From a virus (Duplodnaviria; Caudoviricetes), in the IMG/VR virus record IMGVR_UViG_3300022200_000065, positions 1-50,248 of that record: 50,248 nt of DNA. One strand, written 5' to 3'. A program made the position numbers and the translations under genes. Below the pieces are notes generated by a model, which saw nothing but the letters and a program-made list of their open reading frames with translations, made no database searches and was not told the DNA's origin. Below, piece after piece: positions 35,630 through 45,750 of this stretch. How positions within the stretch are numbered: position 1 is the stretch's first letter; every line of letters begins with the position of its first letter.

Positions 35630-38600
35630 TTAGCCCCCTACCTTAGACGCACGTTGAATATCTGATACTAATTTGCTAAGTGAGTTTTGGTCCATTTGTG
35701 CCTTATAACTGCTATTACCTACTTGCAACTGTAACACAACCTGCTGACCATTTCCGCTAGTGGTAGATTGTGCACTAGTGGTAGATTGTGCACTAGTGGT
35801 AGATTGTGCACTAGTGGTAGATTGTGTGTTTGGTGTAGTTGGTTTACCAAACTGTTGTTTATACTCTATGTCCTGGGCCTGTTTCAATTTAGTAATTGCT
35901 TCATCAATTTTACTAACCAGGGTGGCATCACCTGCTAATTTAGCCTTTTCCATTAATGCTAAATATTCATCAATCTCAGTTTTAAATTTACGTTTTATAA
36001 TTGATTCCTCATTACCTAATGCTTTATCTAATCGGTCCTGTACACTTAGTAACGCATCATCAACAACACCGTTTAAGGCTTGTATTTCATCTTTTGCTTT
36101 TTGAATTGCAGCCAATAATGGATCTAGCTGTTGTTCAGAAAGGGTATACAACGAGTTATTTGCTTGGTAACTTATTTTTTCCAACTGAGCTAATGATAAG
36201 TTTCCTTGGTCAAGAGTATCGATCAATTTCCGATAAGATAAAGTCTGTCCGATAATTCTTTGTTCACGGGCAAAACCTTTATCAAACTCATTAGCTAGTG
36301 TTTTCCAGAACTGACCAGTAACACCGGCATTTTGCCAAATCTTTTCACCGAGTTCATCATACCGTTTAGTAAGTTCACTAATTGATTTATTACTTAAATC
36401 AAATTGTTGGTTAAGATAATTACTAGCTTCACCATACAAGCTAATTGCTGTTGTTGATTTAGTAACAGCCTCTGTGTGTATACCTTGTGTTGCACTAGCG
36501 CTAGACGTTGCACTATTATTTTCACGAACGATTTCAGTATTCTCACGAATGACACTATTAATTTCGTTCAGCGCCTGGGTCAATGATCTGGTGCGTTCTT
36601 CATATTCTGCCTTTGTCAATGAACCAGCTTCGAACTGGCGCTGCAATAACAACAATTCCTGTTGATATTGACGCTGCATAACGACCAGCTGGCCATAGTT
36701 GGCGTTCTCTATGGCGATTAGCTGACTCTGTTCCGTCCGTAAACCTTTTAACTTTTGTTCTTCAACAGCAAGTGCAGCTAAGGTTCTGGCACGGTCTGCA
36801 GCAATTTGATTACCAGCCTCTAAAGTTTCGTTGTACTCTGTAATCTTTTTTTCAGACTGTAAAATTTCGTCAGCAAATTTGGCCTGACCCAATGTGTTTG
36901 CAGTAACAGCTTTACCGAATGTGCCTACTGACTGTGTGGCAATTGTATAATTGTCACTTAACGCACCAATTGCTGCAGTAAAATCAGCCTCTGTAATAGC
37001 ACCATCCTGGTACTGTTGGAATAATTCTTTACGGGCTGCAAGGTTTTCTTCAGTTGACGCAGTATTTGCTTTTACTGCTTCAACTTGTTCTGTTACAACA
37101 ATGTTGTATTGTGACAAAGATGCAGATAACTCATTAATGGCCAATGCAGCAGCTTCATCAGTAACCTTACCGGCTTCGCGTAACGCTTTGACATTTGCAA
37201 TTGATTCTTCAACTAGTGTTGCTTTTGCAAGATACTCAGTCATCGACACGTTGATACCGATCTGAGCATTTACCAGCTGTTCAATACTACCAATTTCATC
37301 CTGCTTGGCTTCAGCTGATTGGCGGGACGCTTCTGCACTTTGTAATTTTAACTGTGTTTCAATTTCCTGTTCACGGTTAGCCCGGACAAGGCTGGCAGTC
37401 AGTTGACGGTATAAACCATCCTCAGCGGCTGAATACTCATTTTTTGCAAGAATAGTTGTGATTGATGCGCGTTGTTCAGCAGATAAATTGGTAATAGCAC
37501 CTTTATATTTTTCAGCAGCGTCTTTTAACCCTTCAAAAGCGATAGACGATTTGCCGGCCATCCGGTCTTGTGCGTCACTGATATCTTTTAAATCTTGATC
37601 AATGCTGTTCTTTGTTTCACGCATTAACTCTTTGTACCGGTTCAGACCAGTTTCATCAAAATTCAGGCCAAGTGTTTCATTACCAATTTTTTGCAATTCT
37701 AACGTTGCTACGATAGCGCCTTGCAACCCTAATACCATCAGATTCAGTGCACCTGTTACGGTATTAGCTGAAATCTTGATAGACCCCATTACGTTTTCAA
37801 GGGCACTAAAACCAGAGTCGTCTGAACTGAACGTGTTTAATAGATTATCAAGTACACCCAATGTTTCTGTTAACCCTGTAACAGCTTCAGGTAAAAGTTC
37901 CATTAAGCTAACAACTTCATCAGTTGTTTGGGCAATAACATCACCGACAGCGTTTATGGTTTTTTCGGTTTCGTCGCTGAATGCTTCACCGATGGATTTT
38001 TTAAGCACCCCGAATTTATTATCTAACCGACCTAATGCAGATTCCTGATTGGCATATGCTTTGGCTGCTTCCTTCATGTGGGCATTACCAGCAACCCACT
38101 GTTCATTACTGAGTTTTAACGCGGTTTCAAGCCTGTCAGTGCGACCAGCTAGGGTACCCAATACTGTGAGTGCTTCAGAACCTTCAATGCCCATCTGACG
38201 CAACACAGTTGACATCTGGCCACCTGATTCGTTGATATCATCAAGACCCTTTAAAAATGCCAACAGAATTTTTTCAGGTTCGGTACCAAATGAATCAACA
38301 ATTTCTTGCCCAGTCATCTTAGTGATCAGCGCAAGGCGTTCCATATTTTCACCACCCGTTACGGTGGCTTCTTTAATCACACCAGCAAGGCGTTGAATGG
38401 CCGTCCGGCTACGTTCAGCAGGTTGACCTAATTCAGCAAGTGTTGCACCAACTGCAGCAGCAGCTTTTGACGACAATTCGATTTCACGAGTACCGGCAAC
38501 AATCTCTTTAGTCATTTGTACTATGTCAGCTTCACTGGCTGCGAAATCGTTACCCAGTGCCACTACAGCAGACGAAATGTTTTGAATTGCAGGGATGCCC

Positions 38601-40147
38601 TCACCGGTCATGGTTAATATTCTGGCCAACAGTTGAACCGCTTGATCACCGGCCAAATCAGTTGAATTCTCTAACGCATCTGCAGCACTAACCAGGTTTA
38701 GCAAATCACCTGTTGATTTAGTACCCAGCTGGCCAGCAACTTCAGCATATTTAAGCAATTCGGTTGTTGCTGTTGGTGTGATGTTTTGTGCTAAATCGGA
38801 TAGTGTTTCAGCAAGTCTTTCAGTCTGTTCCCTGGCAATACCTGTGGTTTTTTCAACCTTAGTGATCGCTGTCTCTAGCTGACCATATTCTGTCACACCG
38901 GCTGTAACTGCCTGCGCTGCTTTCTGTGCGCCTAATAACACAGTGTACGCTTGTGCAAGCCTACGGGTTGCTTGTGTCAGCAGGTCTGTGTTTTTGGCAC
39001 CTGTTGAACGGCTAACTACATCGGCTTCGATAGCGCGTCTGGTAAGTTTCACTTGGGCTTCAGTCAACTGCAATGACCGGCGTAATTGGTTTTCTGAACG
39101 AATATACTGACCACTGGTGATCACACCATCAGCTTTTTCACGATTAAGCTTTTCAAGTGCTAATTCATATTCTTTGACAGACGCTTTTACCCGGTCAAGT
39201 TCAACAGCGGCCAACCGTTCAGCTTGTGCAGCTGCTGCTTGTTGTTCTGTTAATTTTTTCTGGCTTAACGCTTGGGCCTCTAACGACTTTTCGACTTTTT
39301 TGCGTTCATCAATTTCGGCACGTAACGAATTGCGAATTGTTTTAGTCTGAGCCTCACTTAATTCTAATGACTTGCGTAACCGTTCTTCTTCTCTGATATA
39401 TTCGGATGTACTTAATATCGCGTCATCCACTTCGTTATTTAATTCACGTAGTGATTGTTCATATTGTTCCAGCGACTGGTTTAACTTGGCTTGGTTGGCA
39501 ATTCTCGAAGCTTCAATTGCGGCAAGTTTTCTGGTTGAATCAACCAGCTTTTCTTGTTCGATTGCAGTTTGTGTAGCTGCTTGTTCAGACTGTTTTGCAA
39601 CAGTAATAGCTTGTTTTTCAACATCAATACGTTGTCTTACAGCAACAATCTGTTTTTGATAATCACTGGTCAGCTTTGCAGCTTGTACGGAAGTATCTTG
39701 AATTTGTTGTTGTAATTTCTGTTGTGTACCATCTAAATCTTTGGTGTCAATACCAAATTGCTTTAGGCTGCGACTTAACCGGTTGTATTCGGTATCCTGG
39801 CTGCGTAAAACTTTACCCATATCGGATAATTCACGCTTAGCATTTTTAACGGCTAAAATTTCTTCGTCTGTTGCGTTTTTGTTTGCTTTAACAGCCTTAG
39901 ATAGTTTTTCGTAGCTAATTTCAGCTAAATCAAATTCATTGCGTAACCGGGCACGTTCTTCAGTAGCTTGCCGGTATGAATTAATTGTTTCTTTACTAAG
40001 TTCAAGTTGTTCTAAATCCTTCTGAGCCTTACGACTGGCTGCACCCAGTTCACCAAGACCATCAACCGTTTCATCAAGTTCGGCAATTGCTAAGTTTTCC
40101 GCTTCAATTCGCAGCTTTACAATATCGGTATCTTTGGTGCTGGCCAT
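35630..40147 (-). CDS. Tail tape measure protein (1505 aa)
   Basis: Longest ORF, helical Ala/Gln/Leu-rich, TP901-type core (AGQLG, LGN.FAASE), follows the tail tube gene. Confidence 0.95.
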   Translation of the reverse strand: MASTKDTDIVKLRIEAENLAIAELDETVDGLGELGAASRKAQKDLEQLELSKETINSYRQATEERARLRNEFDLAEISYEKLSKAVKANKNATDEEILAVKNAKRELSDMGKVLRSQDTEYNRLSRSLKQFGIDTKDLDGTQQKLQQQIQDTSVQAAKLTSDYQKQIVAVRQRIDVEKQAITVAKQSEQAATQTAIEQEKLVDSTRKLAAIEASRIANQAKLNQSLEQYEQSLRELNNEVDDAILSTSEYIREEERLRKSLELSEAQTKTIRNSLRAEIDERKKVEKSLEAQALSQKKLTEQQAAAAQAERLAAVELDRVKASVKEYELALEKLNREKADGVITSGQYIRSENQLRRSLQLTEAQVKLTRRAIEADVVSRSTGAKNTDLLTQATRRLAQAYTVLLGAQKAAQAVTAGVTEYGQLETAITKVEKTTGIAREQTERLAETLSDLAQNITPTATTELLKYAEVAGQLGTKSTGDLLNLVSAADALENSTDLAGDQAVQLLARILTMTGEGIPAIQNISSAVVALGNDFAASEADIVQMTKEIVAGTREIELSSKAAAAVGATLAELGQPAERSRTAIQRLAGVIKEATVTGGENMERLALITKMTGQEIVDSFGTEPEKILLAFLKGLDDINESGGQMSTVLRQMGIEGSEALTVLGTLAGRTDRLETALKLSNEQWVAGNAHMKEAAKAYANQESALGRLDNKFGVLKKSIGEAFSDETEKTINAVGDVIAQTTDEVVSLMELLPEAVTGLTETLGVLDNLLNTFSSDDSGFSALENVMGSIKISANTVTGALNLMVLGLQGAIVATLELQKIGNETLGLNFDETGLNRYKELMRETKNSIDQDLKDISDAQDRMAGKSSIAFEGLKDAAEKYKGAITNLSAEQRASITTILAKNEYSAAEDGLYRQLTASLVRANREQEIETQLKLQSAEASRQSAEAKQDEIGSIEQLVNAQIGINVSMTEYLAKATLVEESIANVKALREAGKVTDEAAALAINELSASLSQYNIVVTEQVEAVKANTASTEENLAARKELFQQYQDGAITEADFTAAIGALSDNYTIATQSVGTFGKAVTANTLGQAKFADEILQSEKKITEYNETLEAGNQIAADRARTLAALAVEEQKLKGLRTEQSQLIAIENANYGQLVVMQRQYQQELLLLQRQFEAGSLTKAEYEERTRSLTQALNEINSVIRENTEIVRENNSATSSASATQGIHTEAVTKSTTAISLYGEASNYLNQQFDLSNKSISELTKRYDELGEKIWQNAGVTGQFWKTLANEFDKGFAREQRIIGQTLSYRKLIDTLDQGNLSLAQLEKISYQANNSLYTLSEQQLDPLLAAIQKAKDEIQALNGVVDDALLSVQDRLDKALGNEESIIKRKFKTEIDEYLALMEKAKLAGDATLVSKIDEAITKLKQAQDIEYKQQFGKPTTPNTQSTTSAQSTTSAQSTTSAQSTTSGNGQQVVLQLQVGNSSYKAQMDQNSLSKLVSDIQRASKVGG
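35757..35826. repeat. 18-bp in-frame tandem repeat (~3.9 copies, SAQSTT) in the TMP C-terminus
   Basis: CTAGTGGTAGATTGTGCA at 35757, 35775 and 35793, partial at 35811. Confidence 0.95.
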
Positions 40148-40163
40148 GTGTCAAATTCCAAAT

Positions 40164-40192
40164 AAAAAAAAGGGCATGCCTAAGCATACCCC
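40164..40192 (-). terminator. Intrinsic terminator after the tail tube gene
   Basis: GGGTATGC-TTAG-GCATGCCC followed by T8 on the minus strand. Confidence 0.85.
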
Positions 40193-40212
40193 TTAATTAT
40201 TATGATTTACAG

Positions 40213-40992
40213 TTATGCGGTCATTTCCACACTGAAATATTGTGATTCACCAGCTGCTACAATGGTGTCATCTGCCAAAATCTCAAATGAGATTGGTAAC
40301 GCCCCAAAATCTTCACTAATTAAATCTAACGCTTGGGTCGGACTGAACTTAATTTTGTGGCAGACAACACTTACAGCCTTACCATTATCAGCGTCATTGA
40401 ACCCGTTAAAAATCAACCGGTATTCGAGTGATGATTGTGTAATCGCTTGAACACTGAACGTATCCACACTGGTATAAGTTACCTTGATATCAACACCAGC
40501 ATTCAGTGTATCAGCGGTTGTGATTGCAGAACCTTCAGGGATAAACAAACCAGCGCGTTCAACTATGTAATCAACGTTGTTGACATACGTAACCAGCCCT
40601 GTTGCGGAATCTTTGACAGTAATTGTTTCATCAACGTCTGGAATACTATCAAGTTTTACAAACGCATCTTTAAATGCTTTTTGAACTTCATCTGTGATCG
40701 CTGTACCGGTGTTCGCAGTAACCAACGACCGCAACGCCGTTGCCAGTGTTTGCGGTTGGAATGAAAGTGCATTAATTGTTGCAGTTACGTCAGTGATCGC
40801 CGATTGTGATGCAATATTACCACCACCAGGGGTTTGAAAGTTTCGCTGTGTTTTTTTATCTTCACCAATAGCGAAGCTAAAACTATCAGCGTTACCGAAT
40901 GCGTATGCTGGACCAAACACACCGGCGATAATTTGTTGAATATAAATTTTACCACCGCCGATAAAAGAACGGTTACGGGTTGCATTACTCAT
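40213..40992 (-). CDS. Major tail tube protein
   Basis: IG.GKIY, GN...F and F.P...L.LI..DF motifs; position; followed by a terminator. Confidence 0.85.
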   Translation of the reverse strand: MSNATRNRSFIGGGKIYIQQIIAGVFGPAYAFGNADSFSFAIGEDKKTQRNFQTPGGGNIASQSAITDVTATINALSFQPQTLATALRSLVTANTGTAITDEVQKAFKDAFVKLDSIPDVDETITVKDSATGLVTYVNNVDYIVERAGLFIPEGSAITTADTLNAGVDIKVTYTSVDTFSVQAITQSSLEYRLIFNGFNDADNGKAVSVVCHKIKFSPTQALDLISEDFGALPISFEILADDTIVAAGESQYFSVEMTA

Positions 40993-41161
40993 GGTCTGTT
41001 ACCTCTGCTGGTTTTTCAATAAATTTATGCGCTAACCAGGTTGAAACATCAGCAGAGTCAATCTCAACCGACTTGCCTTTCATTCCTGTTTGATTAACGC
41101 CATTAATTCTGATTCTATCAACGGCAATTACAACCGTTACTTTTTTAACCTTGTCTTTCAT
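40985..41161 (-). CDS. Small hypothetical virion-module protein (58 aa)
   Basis: ATG 41161 with GGAG RBS; the longer ORF-track start overlaps groES. Confidence 0.6.
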   Translation of the reverse strand: MKDKVKKVTVVIAVDRIRINGVNQTGMKGKSVEIDSADVSTWLAHKFIEKPAEVTDHE

Positions 41162-41465
41162 CGGATGGCTCCACAATATAATAAATACAATCTTCAGGTA
41201 TTGCCAGTAAATCAACACCAACAGGACCATGTAGAACTTTTGTACCAGATTTTTTGGCGAACACAACCTTGTCACCGGCACGTACCTGGCTTTGATTGCG
41301 CCTGGTTCCATCACGATGATAACTTTCAGGGTTCGGTGTCACTACGATACCCGTTACACTTTCTTCAACGTCTTTAGACGCCAAAACAATACCACCAACA
41401 CTTGTACTTGGATTGGGGATTACTTGAACGATAACTTGATCGCCCAATGGTATAATCTTATTCAT
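41145..41465 (-). CDS. groES: GroES/Cpn10 co-chaperonin homologue
   Basis: I.PLGD.VIV, mobile loop GGIVL, G.VV, V..GDKV.F.K..GT.V and E..I motifs. Confidence 0.9.
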   Translation of the reverse strand: MNKIIPLGDQVIVQVIPNPSTSVGGIVLASKDVEESVTGIVVTPNPESYHRDGTRRNQSQVRAGDKVVFAKKSGTKVLHGPVGVDLLAIPEDCIYYIVEPSDERQG

Positions 41466-41914
41466 ATAGTTCCTATTTTTTCCGTTACTTTGATAGTTGC
41501 CGTCACCCTTAGAATAGCATAAGGGTCGTTGTTTTCCGGCAATGAATAATCTACCTCAGTAATCATCAAATTACTATCAGTATTACAGATGGCACATTTA
41601 ACATCAAACAGCAAATCATCAAGTTTTTCATTTACACTGTCAGGACAATCCGCGCTGACGGCACCAAAAATTTGCACGGTACGATTGCAGATTGAATCAA
41701 GTGACCCCTGCTGTTGTTTATTCACATCCTTAAAATATTGAACGGTCAACGCTGGGAAGTTTTTACCCCCTTTACCCTTTAATAAATCAGCTGCGTGGTG
41801 TACCAAAAAACCATTTAAGACTGTAGGGTCAGTTAAAAAACCAGCGTTGCGATTAATAGTTTTAAGCTTTTCGATAGTTAAATTTTGAGTACTAGCATAA
41901 AGTTTAGTCGTCAT
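41462..41914 (-). CDS. Tail terminator-like protein
   Basis: L.TI....GF.TD motif; position between gpZ-like and tube genes. Confidence 0.65.
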   Translation of the reverse strand: MTTKLYASTQNLTIEKLKTINRNAGFLTDPTVLNGFLVHHAADLLKGKGGKNFPALTVQYFKDVNKQQQGSLDSICNRTVQIFGAVSADCPDSVNEKLDDLLFDVKCAICNTDSNLMITEVDYSLPENNDPYAILRVTATIKVTEKIGTI

Positions 41915-42543
41915 CTTAGTTTCAACCTGTTGAATTGTTCTATAAAATCTTCCAGTAAAAAGTCACTCGCAAGTGGACCTACATCATCCCTAACGCTGGT
42001 AAATAGTTGGTTAATGCTTCGACTGTGAAGAACATAAATACCGTTTGGTCTAGCTTTAGCTTTTGCTGCTAATCGGGCTAACTTTGAAGATTTACCAGAT
42101 GTACGCTCACCATTACCAGCGGCACGCTCGAAGAATTCTAAGGCCACTTTGTTACGCATAGCAATACCAGTAGCCTGGGAGCCACGCAGACCGCTTATTT
42201 TGAATGCTCCGCGCAATTCTGTCAGACCACCACCACGATTGACGGCAACACGAATACCTTTAGCAGACTGACTAGTTTTATACCTGGTCAAAAGTGTGGC
42301 GCGTTCGTTGGCATAAATAACGACAGATAAGTTTGACGGTGACGCACGATTACCAACTTTGAAATGTTTTTTAACATATTCAGGTGATAGGTTCACAGCT
42401 TTGGTGATTTCGTCAACGGATTTATTGATTGCAAATGTAGCAGTTTTATTCAACGCTTGGGCAGCGGCACGATTAATAACTGCGGAGTTCGTTTTGATTT
42501 TACTTATTAATGATTGGGGTGCAGTAGCCTTATAAACAGCCAT
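41911..42543 (-). CDS. Lambda gpZ-like tail completion protein
   Basis: Basic; RAA..ALNKTA motif; position. Confidence 0.7.
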   Translation of the reverse strand: MAVYKATAPQSLISKIKTNSAVINRAAAQALNKTATFAINKSVDEITKAVNLSPEYVKKHFKVGNRASPSNLSVVIYANERATLLTRYKTSQSAKGIRVAVNRGGGLTELRGAFKISGLRGSQATGIAMRNKVALEFFERAAGNGERTSGKSSKLARLAAKAKARPNGIYVLHSRSINQLFTSVRDDVGPLASDFLLEDFIEQFNRLKLR

Positions 42544-42863
42544 TATGTTTCCCTTACATCAACATACCACTTAATTTCGGTTTCAGTAGTAACATCACCA
42601 ATACGCCATTCAACACCACCTTCGGCGGTTATGATATCACCGGGTTCAGGACGGCGAGGATGTTGGGATTTTAAAAAATTGGCTTCATTTCTGAAACCAA
42701 CAATCATCTTAAATTCATCCGTGACTTTTTTATTTCTATTGATGATCACCATCACGTTGTCAATTGTGGTGTGATCATCGGGTCGCATAAATGAGCAAGG
42801 CACCCCCATCACTTCATTAGTGACAGAAAGTGCCTGTGCTAATTCTGCGAAAATGGACGGCAT
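42543..42863 (-). CDS. Head-tail joining protein (gpFII-like)
   Basis: P..GD.I motif and position; ATG 42863 is coupled to the upstream stop. Confidence 0.65.
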   Translation of the reverse strand: MPSIFAELAQALSVTNEVMGVPCSFMRPDDHTTIDNVMVIINRNKKVTDEFKMIVGFRNEANFLKSQHPRRPEPGDIITAEGGVEWRIGDVTTETEIKWYVDVRET

Positions 42864-43207
42864 TAAGCAGCAGCCGTTCCGTTTAGACGTACCTGGCAAA
42901 TACCAGACGAACCACCACCAGAGGAAAGGAACACACCGATAAAAGTGTTACCTGACGCGGTGGTAGTGATTTCAGTACCGGCAGCGTTTAAATAAGCCTT
43001 AGCACCAAACGCAGGGGTGTTAGCAGGTGTTTTGTTAGTAAAGTTCCAGATGCCTTTCGTGTGACCTTCAAATTCTTCACCAGCAGCTGCTGTAATAGCT
43101 GCAACAACTACTAACGCACCCAACAAATACAACTGACCAGCGATAACACCACCAGCTGGAGCAACACAGGTGATTGTATCACCCTTTTTAACAAAATTCT
43201 TAGCCAT
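42863..43207 (-). CDS. DUF2190-family capsid-associated protein
   Basis: MAKNFV..G..I...AP.GGV..G and V.LNG motifs; follows the major capsid gene. Confidence 0.85.
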   Translation of the reverse strand: MAKNFVKKGDTITCVAPAGGVIAGQLYLLGALVVVAAITAAAGEEFEGHTKGIWNFTNKTPANTPAFGAKAYLNAAGTEITTTASGNTFIGVFLSSGGGSSGICQVRLNGTAAA

Positions 43208-43230
43208 GATAAATATCCTCTACACACAGC

Positions 43231-43260
43231 GAAAACGGAAACCGGGGGCGAACCCCCAGC
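43231..43260 (-). terminator. Hairpin/terminator after the major capsid gene
   Basis: GGGGG-TTCG-CCCCC followed by GGTTTCCGTTTT on the minus strand. Confidence 0.7.
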
Positions 43261-43268
43261 AAATTTAA

Positions 43269-45293
43269 TTACGCACCGGCTGACTTAACAGCACCACGCT
43301 CGTCAACGTAACCAGCACCGAAGTCTTTACGCACCAGAATTTCCATACCATCAACGTTAGTTGAATTGTTGATTTCTGTGTACATGCCTTCTTCACCAGC
43401 CAGATAAGCGTATTCAAATGCGTCAATCATGTTAGTGAAACCATAAAACGCTGTGGGAGACACGACGGCTAAACGCGGTTCAACCCGGAAGTTGTATTTA
43501 CCCTGGAACGTGTTGATATTCTCTACCTGGGTTGCCATGATAGAATTAATCAACAGTTTTTCAGCGTCTGTTTCAAGTTCTTCAGGGAATACAAAAGTGT
43601 TCCACATGATGTTCATGAAATTGCCGTCAAGAGTTTTCATCTTACGACCTTTTTGACGGATAGTGCTTAACGCTGCTTCACCCAGTACAGAACCAGCACC
43701 AGTGACCAGGTTGTTGTGGTCAGCATGGAAAAACGTTTTACCATCACGCATTTTAAAGTTTGCTGCAGCACTCAGACGGAAGTTGTAGTTCAACAACAGA
43801 CCCCAAACCACATCAGACTCCAAACGTGAACCGGCCTGGCCGAATGAACGTGGCACGTTGGTTAAAGCACCCATATCGTCATTGATCAGCATCTTACGGC
43901 TGAAACCGATTAACCGGGCAAAGGTGTCAATTGCGAACGATTCTTTTGCTTCACTGATTGTGCCGCTTTGGTATTCACCGTTTTCACCCAGTGGTAGCAG
44001 TGAAGGTGCATCACCCATACGGTAAGTATGTTTTGCACGGAAATCGTTGACTGAGCCACGACGACCCAAACCTAAAAACGTCCGTGGTGTTTCTTCATAA
44101 CCAGCGGCCAGAGATTTATTCATTACGTTTTCCAGAATCAGCGGGAAATCGCTGGTACTTTGGAAAGCACGTTTTGATAATTCCAGCGGGTTCATAAAAC
44201 CTTGCTGACCCATCACATGACGGGCTAAATCCATCAAAGTGGCACCGTTAAACTTGCGGGTTTCTGCAGTTGCTTCAGCCATACCATTACGAGCCAGAAT
44301 AGATGTCACAATCAAATTGCGCTCTTGTTCTTTATGGTCAGAACGGTTATCAGCAACTAACGGCACTTGTGGTGTCTGTGCAACTGAACGTTGTGACATG
44401 GCCTGCAACAGTTCTGCGTTGTACTGTTCCAGCGTCAGGCCACGGCTAAAGGCGTTGACGGCATGTTCAGAATCAAAACCAGCTGCACGAGCGTTGGTGG
44501 TGAACGTGGTGATTAAGCCACGATCAGACGCAACAGGGGCGACTGGTGCCACAACGACTGGTGCTGGTGCTGGTGCAGGTGCTGGGTCAGCAGCGCGGTT
44601 AATTACAGGTGCTGGGGCAGGATTACCACCACCAGCAGCGTCACCATCAACCTTTGCAGGGTCGCGGTACTTTAATAACATATTTCGGAATTTCATGGTG
44701 GTATCTTCCCCAGTGATGGTGATTTGTAACGGAAACAGACTTTCTGGCGCTGGTTTTTCGCACTCCATAGCTCTGATACCGTTGTTGGTTTCAAACGAAA
44801 CTGGAACGATTGACAATTCGGTAGGTTCCCAATCGGTTGCCCGGTAAGTGTCTAACCCTTCCCCAGCGTTTAAAATCGCGTCATAGCGGTGAACGATGTA
44901 TCCTAACGAACAATGTCGTAAAATACCATCAACCACCTTTTGAAAAACTACATCAGAATCAGCGTCAGATGCAAAACGTACAGTACCCACTAACTCACCG
45001 TTTTCAATTCGGTATTCTTCAGTAATACCATGAACATTACTGATACCACGGTAAGTGTCGTGGTTATCAATAACAGACAACCCTTTTTTTAGACGATCTT
45101 GGCGGATTGCTGTGGTGCTGACTTCTAAACTTTCCAGATAATAGCCGATGTCCCAATGAAAGCGCTGACCCTCTTGCCCTGTTGTAAAAACAAACTCAAC
45201 AGTTCTGTTTTCAAGGTTAACAGTTTCAGGACGAACCATACCGTTAAGGCGTTGTGCGTCAATTGTGCTTGATGCTGTAATTTTACGTTCCAT
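43269..45293 (-). CDS. Prohead protease-major capsid protein fusion
   Basis: N-terminal protease (DNH, SLGY, ELSIV), Pro/Ala linker, capsid part with STSDFP.IL and NDD.GA motifs. Confidence 0.92.
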   Translation of the reverse strand: MERKITASSTIDAQRLNGMVRPETVNLENRTVEFVFTTGQEGQRFHWDIGYYLESLEVSTTAIRQDRLKKGLSVIDNHDTYRGISNVHGITEEYRIENGELVGTVRFASDADSDVVFQKVVDGILRHCSLGYIVHRYDAILNAGEGLDTYRATDWEPTELSIVPVSFETNNGIRAMECEKPAPESLFPLQITITGEDTTMKFRNMLLKYRDPAKVDGDAAGGGNPAPAPVINRAADPAPAPAPAPVVVAPVAPVASDRGLITTFTTNARAAGFDSEHAVNAFSRGLTLEQYNAELLQAMSQRSVAQTPQVPLVADNRSDHKEQERNLIVTSILARNGMAEATAETRKFNGATLMDLARHVMGQQGFMNPLELSKRAFQSTSDFPLILENVMNKSLAAGYEETPRTFLGLGRRGSVNDFRAKHTYRMGDAPSLLPLGENGEYQSGTISEAKESFAIDTFARLIGFSRKMLINDDMGALTNVPRSFGQAGSRLESDVVWGLLLNYNFRLSAAANFKMRDGKTFFHADHNNLVTGAGSVLGEAALSTIRQKGRKMKTLDGNFMNIMWNTFVFPEELETDAEKLLINSIMATQVENINTFQGKYNFRVEPRLAVVSPTAFYGFTNMIDAFEYAYLAGEEGMYTEINNSTNVDGMEILVRKDFGAGYVDERGAVKSAGA

Positions 45294-45294
45294 T

Positions 45295-45750
45295 TCAGCT
45301 ACTCTTAATCATTTTATACAAGCCTACAATAACCGGTATTAAGATAATAAACAATGTTACAAGTTTAAACCAGTTATCTGACCAAAATTTAGAATGTTTT
45401 TCACTTGCACGACGTTCACCGGTTGATTCAAAATTATGTTTTTCTAAATCCCCAACACGTTCACCAAGTCTGCTGATTGATGTTTTATTTTCGCTATCTT
45501 TTGAAACAATCAATTCTCGCAAAATTTCAATGTGTTGTTCACTTGTTCTGGTCTGTAATATGAGCTTATTGATACTATCATTGACCTTTTCATTAGACCT
45601 GGTAAGCGCTGAAATAGCTTCATTCATATGTTTAACGTCCCCAATATGCTGAAGTCTTTCTTTTTCATAATGACGATCCCGGTCAACTAGCGCGGCGAGT
45701 GATTGATTAATTGTTGTCAATACAGCTGTTACATCAGGGTTATTCTGCAT
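45295..45750 (-). CDS. Coiled-coil protein with C-terminal TM helix (151 aa)
   Basis: ATG 45750 with GAGGGTG RBS; single hydrophobic C-terminal segment. Confidence 0.75.
   Translation of the reverse strand: MQNNPDVTAVLTTINQSLAALVDRDRHYEKERLQHIGDVKHMNEAISALTRSNEKVNDSINKLILQTRTSEQHIEILRELIVSKDSENKTSISRLGERVGDLEKHNFESTGERRASEKHSKFWSDNWFKLVTLFIILIPVIVGLYKMIKSS

Noticed and set aside
41162-41314. N-terminal extension of ORF 40985..41314
   Set aside because: Lies inside groES in another frame; a better start with RBS exists at 41161
44239-44847. 202-aa plus-strand ORF and similar antisense ORFs (e.g. 517..837, 10488..10865, 19993..20367, 29086..29454, 37602..38048)
   Set aside because: Shadow frames opposite well-supported genes, with no recognisable motifs
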